Virus record (IMG/VR): IMGVR_UViG_3300021399_000137
Span: 5,938 to 69,937 of that record
DNA: 64,000 nt
Source: a virus
Lineage: Duplodnaviria > Heunggongvirae > Uroviricota > Caudoviricetes
Strand: one strand, 5' to 3'
Shown one piece after another: positions 1 to 11,270 of this stretch. The notes below the pieces were generated by a model. The model saw only the letters and a list, made by a program, of their open reading frames with translations. It had not been told where the DNA came from and did not search any database. Within the stretch, counting starts at the first letter, position 1; every line of letters begins with the position of its first letter. The position numbers and the translations under genes are program-made.

Positions 1-1948
1 ATAATTAGGAATTATATCTATAAATCCTCTAGGATTTACTTCTAATTTATCTGACCAAGTATTACCATCTTCTGATATTTCTGTAGTACAATATCTAATA
101 AATGGAAATTCATTTAATATATCTGAACAAATTACACTTGAAAATATTGGGTCTCCTATTTTCATATTAGGTCTAGAATATTTATCTAGTATAAACTGCT
201 TTACTCTCAAGTCTATAGTTTCATAATTAATGTCATATTTATCCATATAAATATCTACATTTAAAAATGGTTGAGTAACTGCAATTTCATGATATGTAAC
301 GTTTAAAGATGTTAGTCTTCTTTCATCTATATAGTCTCTTAATCTTTGACCAACATCAGTTAAAACCTGCTCTTGCTTATAGTAAACATTTACTTTATCA
401 GTAGGTTCTAATAGACTCTTCCATCCTGTATTAAAAGTTAGTACATAGTTATTACCACTTTTAACTATTTTATATTCTACTTTTTCTGGATTACTACTGA
501 ATGTTGTAACTCTAGTCATTAAATAACTAGTCTCAGAAACACCAGTATCTATTGCAGGAATGACATCATCTATTCCATATAAATCTGTTACTCCCTGTAA
601 AGTTAATGTTGTTGCTGGAATAGCAGACTGTGAGTACATATCTACATCTTTTGCAACATCATCCATATCTGTAAATTCCCAATCAGAAATATCTTTTATA
701 ATAGTATTTCTATATTTTAAAGCTTCAGTATCAGTAGCATCATAATCCTCTGTATCTGGAAGTACATACATATATACTTTATAATAATCATCTGGTTGTA
801 TTAAACCACTTGCAGGGTCATTGTAATCTAAAGCTGATATATCAGAAATTCCTGAAACAAAAGAACCCACCTCTTCAAAATCATTTATAGTTACTATAGT
901 GTTCATTGTTCTAGCATGTTTAGGCACGCTATTTTTCATTTCATCTACTGTTTCTGGGTCGTATCCTCCTAAAGATGAGGTACAACTTTCTACTATCATA
1001 TTAGATGACCACCTAGAGTCTATATTTGCAGCTCTATTTATTATATTTTTTCCTATTCTACCTTCTTGGCCATCACACAATAAATAATTTAATTGTATAT
1101 TTGTTCCTCTAGTAATATAATCAGGCCAATATGCTGGTAACTGAATATATAATGTTTTATCTACTGTAATATGAACACTAAAGCATAGTTTTCCTTTAGC
1201 ATATCTTACATCATCAACTCTTTCCCAATCAACTCCATCTATAGTTAGTCTCATAGTGTTAATTCCAATATTATATTCATTTAAATATATTCTTCCTAAT
1301 TCAGTAATATTATTTATTGAATAAACATGATTTATATGTTCTCCTTGATAAACTATAATCTCACATTTATTGTTATAAAATACTGCATCCTCTAAACTAC
1401 AAAATCTTATTTCATTTCCTGAATTTGTAAATGAAGAATATGCAGGAACTATTGTACCATCAGGTACAGTATAGTCTTCATCTCTGTTAGTCATAGTAAC
1501 AGTTGCATAAGCAGACTCAAAGTGTCTTGGTTCATATCCAATTAAACTAGCTAAAGCTATAGCTGATGCTCTTTCAGTAACAGTACTAAGATATAATTCA
1601 GAAACAACTTTATCTATTTGATAATTATTCATATCAGCTAAATAAGCTAGCATTCTTAATAGAATGGTTCCTATATCTCCATCACTAAAATCTGTCCATC
1701 TTCCTTCAGATAGTTGTTCTGCCTGTAATTTTAAATACTCTAATATAGAATAAGCATCACGCCTATTATATGGTAATATAGTTTTATCTGATGGGTCTGG
1801 TTCTTCTATTACTTCATTATATTGCGCTAATAATTCTTCTACTTTTTCTCTCATTTGAACATTATTATTAGTAGTCGCATACTTTAATAAATAATTTAAT
1901 ACTGATAAAGAACTAGTTAAATCTTGAGGTGTTAAATTACTGCTCATT
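1..1948 (-). CDS. Baseplate J-like protein (gpJ/gp6 family), 5' part only; gene runs past the window start
   Basis: ATG at 1948 with AAGGAG RBS. My hand translation of the minus strand stays open to coordinate 1. It sits after a gp25-like gene in canonical baseplate order. The ORF track lists no stop-bounded minus ORF here, consistent with an edge-truncated gene. Confidence 0.55.
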
Positions 1949-1961
1949 AAATATCTCCTTT

Positions 1962-2348
1962 CTAGGTAACAGTACCTCTAATAAATTCTAACATTATAGT
2001 ATCACCTATATTAGTGTTTAATACTGAATAATAAATTAGTATTTGTATTGTATTAACTTTATAAGTTACATCTATTTGATTAATAACAATATTGTTATAA
2101 TATTTTTCTATTGTATTAGCTACTTCTTGTCTTATTGCAGCTGCAGTAGCTGAATTTGCAGGTTCAAATAATAAACGATATAAATCACTGCCAAAAGCTG
2201 GGTCTCCTATAAGAGTTCCTTTCTGTGTTTCTAATAAAGCTCTCAAGTCTTCTCTAAACTTTTCTGTAGATGACTTAGTTCTAACTTTACCTAGATTAGT
2301 CAATAAGTCTAAACTTATTCCATTTAGTCCATAGATTTTTACACTCAT
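1962..2348 (-). CDS. Baseplate wedge protein, gp25/GpW family
   Basis: Motif GDPAFGSDLYRLLFEP...IRQEVANTIEKYYNNIV is typical of gp25-like lysozyme-fold baseplate proteins. It lies between the spike/LysM-like genes and the gpJ-like gene. Confidence 0.65.
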   Translation of the reverse strand: MSVKIYGLNGISLDLLTNLGKVRTKSSTEKFREDLRALLETQKGTLIGDPAFGSDLYRLLFEPANSATAAAIRQEVANTIEKYYNNIVINQIDVTYKVNTIQILIYYSVLNTNIGDTIMLEFIRGTVT

Positions 2349-2722
2349 TTATTCATAACACCTCCACTCTTAAATAAAGATATTGAAGATGGAATAGTGA
2401 TAATCATTCCTGCTTCTAAATCAAATATATCGCTCAAATCATTTGCAGAAAGAATAACCCATGCAAGTCTAGGGTCACCATAAACGTTATAAGCTATTAA
2501 GTCAGGTCTATAAGCTTCATGACCTTCAACTTTATGCTGAGTATCTTCAGAGTCTCTACCTGGAAATAAATCATTACGTCTCATATTTCTAATAACTAAA
2601 TCACTATTTTTAAGTAATAGTTGTTCTTTATTATCATATCTACTACGTATTACTGTAACTTTAGGATTTAGTGTTTCTTGAACTAAACTTTTATCATACC
2701 AAGTATCTTGTACATTAGCCAT
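2345..2722 (-). CDS. Small baseplate/tail protein with LysM-like motif (P2 gpX-like)
   Basis: DLIAYNVYGDPRLAWVILSAN resembles the LysM-like signature of phage tail protein X. Position is between spike and gp25-like genes. Confidence 0.35.
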   Translation of the reverse strand: MANVQDTWYDKSLVQETLNPKVTVIRSRYDNKEQLLLKNSDLVIRNMRRNDLFPGRDSEDTQHKVEGHEAYRPDLIAYNVYGDPRLAWVILSANDLSDIFDLEAGMIITIPSSISLFKSGGVMNK

Positions 2723-2762
2723 AATTTATCTCCTTTCTATTATAATATATTATTTTATTACA

Positions 2763-4022
2763 TTAAACTCCTGGATGATATGAGTCATCCCATAATCTTG
2801 CAGCACCTATAAATGCTGCACTTCCAGTAAAAGTCATTGTACCTGAACCACTAGAAATTACTGTATTACCTCCATTAAGATTTACTGAGCTAGTTCCATT
2901 AGATATAGAAGCTTTATTACCATCTAATGACATACTACCTGTACCATTATTTATTTCAATTTTAGTACCATCCATAGAAATACTATTAGTTTTTGAAGTA
3001 ATATTTACCTTACCTTCTTCCATAGAAATAGTTTCTCCAGCTGAGGTAGTAATAGAAGCTTTACCGTCCTCTAAATTTATGATATCTCCAGTTTCAGTTT
3101 CAACACTGATTTTACCTTCTTTTAAAGTAACTCTATCTCCTCCTGAATTAGTTAATATAATATCTCCATCTTCCATTTGAAGATAATCATCTGAAGAAGT
3201 AGTAATTTTCACTTTTCCTTTAGACAAATCTACTTCTTCATTTCCACCAGTTTTAATATTTACTCTACCTTTAGTAACTGTTATAGCATCTCCTTGGCCA
3301 TTTTTCAAAGAAATATAAGTTTTAGCACTACTACTTGGTTTAGTCCTACTTCCTCTTCTAGGCAACGTATTTCCTGAATTATTACCTAGTTGAAGCATTT
3401 GTCCATTAGCATCCATAAAAATAATATTCTCTGAACCATCTTCATCATCTATCATAACAGTAGCACCTTTTAAACTCTTATATAAAACTGTTTTACCTGT
3501 AGTCATTTTTTGTTTGTGAGTTTTCTTTTTATTAGCTTTAGTAGATGTAGAAGAACTTTTACTTAAATCTGTAATTCTATCATTAGTTTTTATATCCACA
3601 GATTTACCTTTATAAATCGCGTCATTATCATTATAACTTTTAGTTTTACCACTAGTATTAGTAGGGACTGAACCCATATAAACTGGTTTATTAAATGAAT
3701 TTAACTCAAAAGTTACCATTACTTGAGAACCTTTAATAGGTATTATATATTGACCCATATCGTTACTTCCACCGTTTAATAATGCTGGAGACGCCCAAGG
3801 TATTTGCTTAGTAGGCATATAGAAAGATTGATTAGTTGCTGTACCATGTAATGCCGGTATTCTAACTTTTATTCTACCTAAACCTCTAGGGTCATTAGTA
3901 TCTTCTACTATACCGGTGTAAACTGCATTTAGTTCTGTTCTAGTAGTTAGTTTTTCTTTATTTTCTTTCAAAGATTTATTAAGTCTAGTAGTACTAGCTT
4001 TAGTTATATTAAAATCAAACAC
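2763..4022 (-). CDS. Baseplate central spike, gp5/VgrG/gpV-like beta-helix
   Basis: C-terminal half is made of repetitive G/S/T/N-rich 8-10 aa units (GKVNITSKTNSISMDGTKIEINNG...), typical of a triple-stranded beta-helix spike. Baseplate context. Confidence 0.6.
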   Translation of the reverse strand: MFDFNITKASTTRLNKSLKENKEKLTTRTELNAVYTGIVEDTNDPRGLGRIKVRIPALHGTATNQSFYMPTKQIPWASPALLNGGSNDMGQYIIPIKGSQVMVTFELNSFNKPVYMGSVPTNTSGKTKSYNDNDAIYKGKSVDIKTNDRITDLSKSSSTSTKANKKKTHKQKMTTGKTVLYKSLKGATVMIDDEDGSENIIFMDANGQMLQLGNNSGNTLPRRGSRTKPSSSAKTYISLKNGQGDAITVTKGRVNIKTGGNEEVDLSKGKVKITTSSDDYLQMEDGDIILTNSGGDRVTLKEGKISVETETGDIINLEDGKASITTSAGETISMEEGKVNITSKTNSISMDGTKIEINNGTGSMSLDGNKASISNGTSSVNLNGGNTVISSGSGTMTFTGSAAFIGAARLWDDSYHPGV

Positions 4023-4025
4023 AGT

Positions 4026-4295
4026 CTATCTACCTCCCATCGAACTATTATTTGAATTATTAGCGTCTGCTTTTTGTCTAAATATATCTATCATTCTAGT
4101 TGGAGTTTTAGCTAAATCTTCTTTAGTAAGTTGTGGAATAGTATAATTATTAGTTCCCACATTTTCTCCAGTATCACTTTCTTTATTCATACCAGTACTA
4201 TCATCTCCATTTACTGAACCAGAAGTATAAGCTGATATATTTTTAATCATAGTAACTGTTTGAATAAATCCCTCAGAAGAAACATCATCTACCAC
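4026..4295 (-). CDS. Hypothetical small virion protein
   Basis: ORF in the tail-gene array with no recognisable motif. Confidence 0.3.
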   Translation of the reverse strand: MVDDVSSEGFIQTVTMIKNISAYTSGSVNGDDSTGMNKESDTGENVGTNNYTIPQLTKEDLAKTPTRMIDIFRQKADANNSNNSSMGGR

Positions 4296-4344
4296 CTCTG
4301 TAATATAATAAGTTCCTGTTGTATAATGAGAATGCCCTGTAGTA

Positions 4345-5691
4345 TCATAAGTTAATAACTTTATAAAATTTCCTGGTTTTATATGATTTGAATAGTCTCC
4401 GCCATACGGTTAATTGTGCTTCAAATGGAAGATTTTCTAACTTTAAATAAGCATCTGAGTATTCAGCTGATAAACTTTCAGAAGAAGAACTTGAAGTAAT
4501 ACTTGTTCTATCTAGTGTTGTAGTATTTAACATATCAGCAAAATAATTAGAAGATGTATTTGTCATTCCTCTTAAATCTAAAGTTCCTCCACCTCCAAAA
4601 TTAGCTAAATTTTCTCCTCCTACTGTAATGGTTTCACCATAAAGTTTATCCATAGTAGAGCTAGAAGCTAAAATTTTACCATAGTCATTCGTACCAAATC
4701 CTGCCATAGCTAAAGCTCCAACATTAGCCGCAGTAAAAGATATTACTTTAGAGTCTTTAGACCCAAAATGTAACGATATAGTATTTGTAGAGTTAGAGTC
4801 TAAATAATTTAATCTTCTAAAATGATGACCTTTTGCATCTACAAAATATTGAAATCCTGCTACTTGGTCTTTTAATTCACTACTTCCATTATTAGTATAA
4901 GTTACTGCATTTTTGCATAAAACTCTAGTTATGTATTCTGCAGCAGTTTCGTCTTGCTGTATAGTATCTATTCCTTTAACCCATCTGCACTCTTCTATTT
5001 CTGCTACTGGGAAACAGTTATCTCCATAAACTTGGTTATACGCTGCCATAATACGTCTAAAAATTCTAGACGGATTTACATATACATCAGTAGTAGTATT
5101 TTCTATAGTTTCTCCAGTTTCTGGGTCCTTTGTTAAAATAACTCGCTCGTCTTGATAAGCACATACTATATCTTTAGGGTCATTGTAATTAGCTGCAGTA
5201 CCATTAGGGTCTAAAGCTTTAGTTTTTGCATCTTCTATAGAATGACCATCTATTTCTGTTTCTTGACCAGTAATGGCGTCGTATTCTAAATCAGCATTAC
5301 ACCAATTTATAGTAGCCTTTTTAAACCACCAGTCAACTGAGCCTTCTCCTGTTCCTGCTGCTGAAAGTATACCTTCTAAAGATAACATAGTTGCTCTACC
5401 TACAAATGAAATTTGATAATCTATACATACTCCAGTAAATACTATAGAAGCATATTGGTTATTACTCCAATTATTAGCTGCGGCGTATTTAACTGTAATA
5501 TTAGGTTGTCCTCTACCAGCTAAAGCACTTTCTATTTGATATGCTGTTTCATCAAACACCTCTAAAGTAAATTTATTAGCAGCATCTCCTAAATTTCTAG
5601 TTACTTGTAAAGAAGATAAGTTCTTTCTATCTATAGAATATGATTTTCCATCAATAACAACATCTAATTGAATTGCACCTTGTACAGCCAT
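4345..5691 (-). CDS. Putative baseplate hub protein (gpD/gp27-like)
   Basis: 448-aa ORF at the position where baseplate hub genes sit between the tape measure-distal protein and the spike. Assignment is by position and size only. Confidence 0.35.
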   Translation of the reverse strand: MAVQGAIQLDVVIDGKSYSIDRKNLSSLQVTRNLGDAANKFTLEVFDETAYQIESALAGRGQPNITVKYAAANNWSNNQYASIVFTGVCIDYQISFVGRATMLSLEGILSAAGTGEGSVDWWFKKATINWCNADLEYDAITGQETEIDGHSIEDAKTKALDPNGTAANYNDPKDIVCAYQDERVILTKDPETGETIENTTTDVYVNPSRIFRRIMAAYNQVYGDNCFPVAEIEECRWVKGIDTIQQDETAAEYITRVLCKNAVTYTNNGSSELKDQVAGFQYFVDAKGHHFRRLNYLDSNSTNTISLHFGSKDSKVISFTAANVGALAMAGFGTNDYGKILASSSTMDKLYGETITVGGENLANFGGGGTLDLRGMTNTSSNYFADMLNTTTLDRTSITSSSSSESLSAEYSDAYLKLENLPFEAQLTVWRRLFKSYKTRKFYKVINL

Positions 5692-5869
5692 TTAATATCT
5701 CCTTTCCATTTATATTCTAGTAGTCCCAGAGTAAATTCTGGGACACTTTTATATCATAATTAATAAATTAATCATCTATCCATTAGCTTCTATTGTAGTA
5801 GCTCCTGGAATATCAGCTCTAGTCATCAATAAAACTAAATCAACATTAGCACTTTTAAATCTCTGATTT

Positions 5870-6268
5870 CTAACTAATTCTCCGCCAAGATACTGATACG
5901 CTAGTACAAACACATGACATGCTTCTATCACCTAGTACTAATGTTAAATCAGGAGCTTTAACTATTTGACCTTCAGAGTATATAGGATAAGCTAATGCTT
6001 GTAATGCTCTAATATATTGCAATAAATCTGTAAATCCTGCAGCCACGTAATCTTGTGTTAGATTTTGTAAAGATAAAGTCATTTGTTTAGCTCCTGTGCT
6101 AGCATATACTATTCTAGGTCTAGAAGCTCCTATAATATCTTGAGTAGTAAAGTTGGCTGATATAGACTCTGACACTCCAGTAGGAGTAACTGGAAAATAA
6201 ATTATAGTCCCAGTATTATTATTTCTAATATAGCATAAAAATTCTCCACGATTACCTTCAACGTTCAT
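5870..6268 (-). CDS. Tail protein immediately distal to the tape measure protein (tube-cap/baseplate-proximal)
   Basis: 132-aa ORF directly after the tape measure gene in the conserved position. Confidence 0.35.
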   Translation of the reverse strand: MNVEGNRGEFLCYIRNNNTGTIIYFPVTPTGVSESISANFTTQDIIGASRPRIVYASTGAKQMTLSLQNLTQDYVAAGFTDLLQYIRALQALAYPIYSEGQIVKAPDLTLVLGDRSMSCVCTSVSVSWRRIS

Positions 6269-6282
6269 ATTTTACTCCTTTC

Positions 6283-9200
6283 TTATATATTACCTTCCTG
6301 TCCTAGTCTAGTAAATGTATTTAATAATTCTCTTTGAGCGTCTTGTTCACTTCTAATTCCGTCTAAATAATTTAATAATTTAGCAAATCCTCCATCTACA
6401 GAATTTACAACTTTATCAGCTCCACCAATATTTAATCCATCGCCACCAACTCCACTTCTATTAGAGATAGAAGAAGGTAAAAATCTTCCTGTAGATACTG
6501 GTATAGCTTTAGAAGTTCTAGTACTACTTGTTGTTCCATCAGAAGATGATTGTTTTGATGAATTTGAAGAATTAAGACTTGATAGACTTACTTTAGGAGT
6601 AATTGCTGAACTATCACCTAATAATCCCGATGTTACATAAGGAGCTGGGTCTAATTCGTTTCCTCTTGCCCAATTACTAGACTGTTGAACTTCAAAATGT
6701 AAGTGTGGTCCAGTACTATTTCCTGTAGAACCAACATAACCAATAGTTTGTCCAGTTTCAACTCTTCCACTACTAACTGCTTTATTAGAAAGATGTGCAT
6801 ATAAATAGTATAATCCATTGTCACCTTTAATGATAATGTGATTACCCCATGCTCCACCCCATGATTTTTGAAGAATTTCTCCACCTATAGCTGCACCAAC
6901 AGGAGTTCCAGAAGCTGCAGCAAAGTCGGTTCCTGTATGGTAACCACTTCTTATTTTACTCATTGAACCATATTTTGATGAAATTGGCCAAGATATAGCA
7001 TCATAACCTCCAAATCCAAAACCTTTTCTAAGAGCATTAGCCTCTTCTTTACTAAGAACCATCTCATCTTTATGTAATAAAGCTTTATAATTTTCTTTAG
7101 GAACTCTATCCAAACCAGCTTTATGATAACCATCTAATGAAAGATTTCCATCAAAATCTCTTCCATTATAGTCTATAGGCATTCCTATAAAATTAAGAGA
7201 GTCAGTCATATTATGTAATAAATTAAAAGCTCTCTTAAATTTAGACTCTACTAAAGGAGTATATTTAATATATTTCTTTAAAGCGTTTCTATCTAATCCA
7301 AATAAATCTCTTGCAACTAAAGGTGTTCCAACTTTGTCCATTATTAATGTATATAAATATCTTAAAGAGACCCAAGTATCTTCATCAAACATTCCAAGTC
7401 TTGACCTCTCAAAATTTTCCCAATATTCTTTATTATACAAATATGGGTCATCTTTATTTAAGTTATTTACCCATGCAGAACCAACATTCGCAGCAGTTCC
7501 TAACCAACTTTTAATTCCACTTGCATTAGTTGCTTTTCTAGATTGAGCAACAACACTCGCATGAGTCTTATCACCTTCAAAACTAGTCCCTGAAGTACTA
7601 TTAAGAGCATTTTGTAAATCATCTTCAGTTACTCCAGAAGCCTTATTTACCCAAGTGTCTGCAACAGAAGATAATGCTGATATAGCTGCAGCAGATAAAA
7701 GAACACCTCCACCAGCCGCTGCTATTAAACCTCCACCTGAACTAAGTGCACTAGTAGAAACAGCACTAGATTTCGATAAACTTTTAATTAATCCTAATTG
7801 AGATATATTTGAGTACACATCAAATATTTTAGAACCAGCCCATAATGTAAATACTGTATTAGCTAATGATGTTAAATTAGCACTATCCCAAGCAGTAATC
7901 CATTGGTCTATCTTGTTATAAATCTTTTCTAACCAAGTAACTTCGGTAGTTTCTTGTACAAATTCATCAACATTAGATTTTAATATACCATCCAAAGCAT
8001 CTTGTTGTAATTCTAAGTATTTAGAATTATCAAAATTTTGTAAAGCTGATATAACTGTATTATCTAATCCAGTGAGTTCATTGGTCTTTTTATTTCCAAT
8101 AGCAGTAAGTAATCCTTGACCTCCTGTGGTAACATTTAAAACACCTGAACTTTGTATACCATCTAAGAATTTATACATTGCATTTAATTGACCTTCTTTA
8201 GTTTCTGAACTAAATAATGCATTATATAAACTTTGATACTGACTACCAAAAGTACTAATCCACTTTGTATCTCCTGGATTTAATATAAAATCATTTAAAG
8301 CATTTTGTACAGACTTTGCAGTATTTTCATCATACATATTAGACAATACTGCACCCATTACAGTAGATGCTTCTGCTTGAGCTTGTATTGCATCAGTGCT
8401 CATTCCTAAAGCTGATTTATCTTCCATTCCTCCATATGCTATTTCAGATAAAGCATCTAATTGTTCTTTAGATACACCTAATTGAGACTTTAATAAACCA
8501 GTAATAGTTTTATTATGTTCATCTAGCATATCATAGTCATTAGTTCTTTTCATCCATTTAAACATCTCTGTTTGTGTTTCAGCGGATACACCTAGATATT
8601 TAGAACCCATTATTGAAGCTCTCATTTGGTCTTGAGCCATTTTAGTATTAGTAATTCCCATGTTAGATAGATTTTGCATATATTGATTTAAGTCTTTACC
8701 ACTAAAAATATTACCCATATCTCTATTCATACTAGCTAAACTATTATCTAGTCCATTTTTAAAATCTAAATATTGAGATTTAGTCTCAAAGCCAAATTGC
8801 TTCATCATATCATTCTGTATAGCTATTTTATCAGTTAAAAATTTATTCAAGCCACTATTAGCTAATTTATCTAGATTAAACATATTTAATAAGCTAGTTA
8901 ATTCATCAGACGCTGATTTTAAAGTCTCTGACATAGCTTTACTAAAACTGCCTGTCGTATTTTTTAATTTCTCTCCAGTAGTTTCGATATTAAGATTTTG
9001 TTGTTGTATCTCTTTATTCATAGAGGCATAAAGTTCATTTATATAATCTGCATCTTCTCTAAGTTGTGAAGCTAATTCTTTATCACCTTTTTTCAACGTT
9101 TCTTGTCTTTTTGCAATATTATCTAATAGTTTTTGATAATCTAATAGACCTTTATTTCTAAGTTTATTAGAGTCAGTTATAGACCTTATAGCATCTCTAT

Positions 9201-9534
9201 CGTTGACATCTTGAGTTTGTTTAATTTCTTCTAAAGTAGCTATTTGTAATTCTAAAGCTCTTTTTTGAGATTTAAACTGATTTTCCTGAGAGGTGTTCAT
9301 TTTATCTTGAGATTTCTCAAGCTCTTTATACAGTTTCTGCATTTCTTTTAAATCTTTAAGAGCTGAGTCTAAATAACCTGAACCTTCTTTCCAATAGTCT
9401 TTAGCAAAACTATTTTTAGTACTTCTATTCTCTAAATAACCAAAAATACCTTTTTGTTGCTGACTACTAGAATTATCAGAAAAATCCATATTAGGTGTCA
9501 TATTATTTCCACCATTTTTTCCATTAGTTGCCAT
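6283..9534 (-). CDS. Tail tape measure protein with C-terminal M23 (lysostaphin-like) peptidase domain
   Basis: 1083 aa, long coiled-coil/helical N-terminal region. C-terminal motifs GYHTGTDF...HLHFEVQ are the HxxxD and HxH zinc ligands of M23 peptidases. Located between the tail chaperone and baseplate genes. Confidence 0.8.
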   Translation of the reverse strand: MATNGKNGGNNMTPNMDFSDNSSSQQQKGIFGYLENRSTKNSFAKDYWKEGSGYLDSALKDLKEMQKLYKELEKSQDKMNTSQENQFKSQKRALELQIATLEEIKQTQDVNDRDAIRSITDSNKLRNKGLLDYQKLLDNIAKRQETLKKGDKELASQLREDADYINELYASMNKEIQQQNLNIETTGEKLKNTTGSFSKAMSETLKSASDELTSLLNMFNLDKLANSGLNKFLTDKIAIQNDMMKQFGFETKSQYLDFKNGLDNSLASMNRDMGNIFSGKDLNQYMQNLSNMGITNTKMAQDQMRASIMGSKYLGVSAETQTEMFKWMKRTNDYDMLDEHNKTITGLLKSQLGVSKEQLDALSEIAYGGMEDKSALGMSTDAIQAQAEASTVMGAVLSNMYDENTAKSVQNALNDFILNPGDTKWISTFGSQYQSLYNALFSSETKEGQLNAMYKFLDGIQSSGVLNVTTGGQGLLTAIGNKKTNELTGLDNTVISALQNFDNSKYLELQQDALDGILKSNVDEFVQETTEVTWLEKIYNKIDQWITAWDSANLTSLANTVFTLWAGSKIFDVYSNISQLGLIKSLSKSSAVSTSALSSGGGLIAAAGGGVLLSAAAISALSSVADTWVNKASGVTEDDLQNALNSTSGTSFEGDKTHASVVAQSRKATNASGIKSWLGTAANVGSAWVNNLNKDDPYLYNKEYWENFERSRLGMFDEDTWVSLRYLYTLIMDKVGTPLVARDLFGLDRNALKKYIKYTPLVESKFKRAFNLLHNMTDSLNFIGMPIDYNGRDFDGNLSLDGYHKAGLDRVPKENYKALLHKDEMVLSKEEANALRKGFGFGGYDAISWPISSKYGSMSKIRSGYHTGTDFAAASGTPVGAAIGGEILQKSWGGAWGNHIIIKGDNGLYYLYAHLSNKAVSSGRVETGQTIGYVGSTGNSTGPHLHFEVQQSSNWARGNELDPAPYVTSGLLGDSSAITPKVSLSSLNSSNSSKQSSSDGTTSSTRTSKAIPVSTGRFLPSSISNRSGVGGDGLNIGGADKVVNSVDGGFAKLLNYLDGIRSEQDAQRELLNTFTRLGQEGNI

Positions 9535-9768
9535 TTAAGTTCCTCCTTTCTATTTAAAATAAAGTTGGACGAGGATGGTCTTCTCTCCATTGAAGCATTG
9601 TATTTATTAAATCTCTTCTAGATTGAAAATCTAAAGTATCAGTATAAGCAAAAGAAACACCGTTGGTCTTGAAGAAAAAGCTGCTCTTCCATAGTATTAT
9701 TATACATTTCTAGAGCCATTCCAATAAATTCTTCAAATTTTTCAGGTGTTTCTTTTAAAATTCTATTA

Positions 9769-10500
9769 CTATTTAGTAGGACGAAAAAATTCTGGACAAA
9801 TAACACCTGCCACTTCTATGTCTTCATGACATCTACTGCATGTTCTATATATAGTGTTATCAAGCCCAAATTCTATACTAGAAAGAGTATTTTGTATAGT
9901 AATTAAATCTCTCATATTAAGAGTATCCACATAATGTCTTTTAGCTTCTTCATCCTCAAAATCCTCTCCATTTTTATTTACTATAGTTTCCATAAGTTTT
10001 AGTGTGAAATTATATGAGTCTGGGTCTTGAACTTTACCTTTAGATGTTCTCATTTTAACTTTTTTATCTATTCTCTTAATATCTCCAGAAGATAACAATT
10101 TTAATTGTAGAATATCTCCATTTACTGGTAGAGTACAAGATAACCTATCTTCAATCCCTTCCACATCTAATATTTCAGTTTCCATTTCAGAGATATTAAC
10201 TTCTATTTCTTGTTTAAATCCACATTCAGGACAAGTAATTGTTTGATGATATGTATCTCCAAACGTGATACTTCTAAGTGCAAAAACTAAAAACATAATA
10301 TCATTTTCATGTAATAATCCTGTATCTAAATCTTTAGGTTCTACACAACAAGATTTAATAAGTCTATCAAATACAGACATATCTCTAGTAGTTAATATAA
10401 TTTTCTCTTCTTTGGTTGTCATTGCTCTAAGTGTAACTTCTTTTGGACCTCCTAATAAACCGTTACTAGGAAGCTTGAATGATTTCTCAAAACTTTCCAT
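9769..10500 (-). CDS. Tail assembly chaperone (gpG-like) with Cys4 zinc-ribbon
   Basis: Sits between the tail tube and tape measure genes. Contains CPECG...CSRCH. A 53-codon +1-frame extension follows the stop (see findings). Confidence 0.4.
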   Translation of the reverse strand: MESFEKSFKLPSNGLLGGPKEVTLRAMTTKEEKIILTTRDMSVFDRLIKSCCVEPKDLDTGLLHENDIMFLVFALRSITFGDTYHQTITCPECGFKQEIEVNISEMETEILDVEGIEDRLSCTLPVNGDILQLKLLSSGDIKRIDKKVKMRTSKGKVQDPDSYNFTLKLMETIVNKNGEDFEDEEAKRHYVDTLNMRDLITIQNTLSSIEFGLDNTIYRTCSRCHEDIEVAGVICPEFFRPTK

Positions 10501-10725
10501 TTTAAATTCCTCCTAAAATTATTTTTAAAAATACTATTATAATTTGCTATAAATTCTAATCTAATATAATATATAACTTATAGTCACAAACAATTAATCT
10601 TTATTGTATGACTAGAATACTTGTATTTATAAATTTAAATCCTAGAAATATAATTTATCATCTAAAATATAAAAGAGCCTCTAGGATTAACCTGAGGCTC
10701 AAGGATAGTATATGTTAAAAACATA

Positions 10726-11250
10726 TTACAATCTATATGCAAAGTCATAACAAATTGTAATTGAAATTTGTTTTTCTCCACCATCATCATAACTCATTTC
10801 TCCATAATCTATTCCTGATGGCCAGCATCCAACTAATTTCCATTTTCTACCTGTACCAGTTTTATTAGGTGTCCATTCTGTAACTACAGCGTCATACTTA
10901 TAGTCTTCAGCAACACCCATTTTACCAGTTTTAGGGTCATAAACTTTCTTTCTCCACTCCAAGAACTTAGTTTCAGAGTCATAGTCTATAGCGTCTCTGA
11001 TTACCATAGTGGTATTATCGAAAGTAGTCTTACCAGCTACCTTTACCGTTGTATTAAAGTAATTGATATCTGATGACTCTGTTGTTTCTTTTGGTAATGG
11101 GAAAGAAACAACCATAAATTTAAAATCTGAGTCTAAACCTGTTCCACTATTAAATTGAACTTCAAAGTGATTTTTTCTTTGTAATTGAAATTCTTTATGA
11201 TTAAATCGTGTGGCTGTTAACTCAGTATCCAAAGCTTCTTCTTGTGACAT
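10726..11250 (-). CDS. Tail tube protein
   Basis: 174 aa, immediately downstream of the sheath gene. Size and composition are typical of contractile-tail tube proteins. Confidence 0.65.
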   Translation of the reverse strand: MSQEEALDTELTATRFNHKEFQLQRKNHFEVQFNSGTGLDSDFKFMVVSFPLPKETTESSDINYFNTTVKVAGKTTFDNTTMVIRDAIDYDSETKFLEWRKKVYDPKTGKMGVAEDYKYDAVVTEWTPNKTGTGRKWKLVGCWPSGIDYGEMSYDDGGEKQISITICYDFAYRL

Positions 11251-11270
11251 AATAAAATACCTCCTTCTTA

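Noticed and set aside
560-1087. Plus-strand ORFs (560-745, 899-1087) and all other plus-strand ORFs in the track (for example 4954-5136, 7311-7546, 19641-19901, 54522-54974, 62413-63179)
   Set aside because: All lie antisense inside long, well-supported minus-strand genes. They are I/F/L/S-rich, as expected for the reverse complement of AT-rich coding DNA, and have no RBS. I treat them as artefacts.
5722-5744. Hairpin GTCCCAGAGTAAATTCTGGGAC as a terminator
   Set aside because: The T-run is on the plus side, while all genes here are on the minus strand. It may be a weak bidirectional structure. Not called.
9769-9800. Canonical -1 programmed frameshift in the tail chaperone
   Set aside because: The -1 frame hits a TAA within two codons. 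Only the +1 frame is open, so I report a +1 candidate instead.
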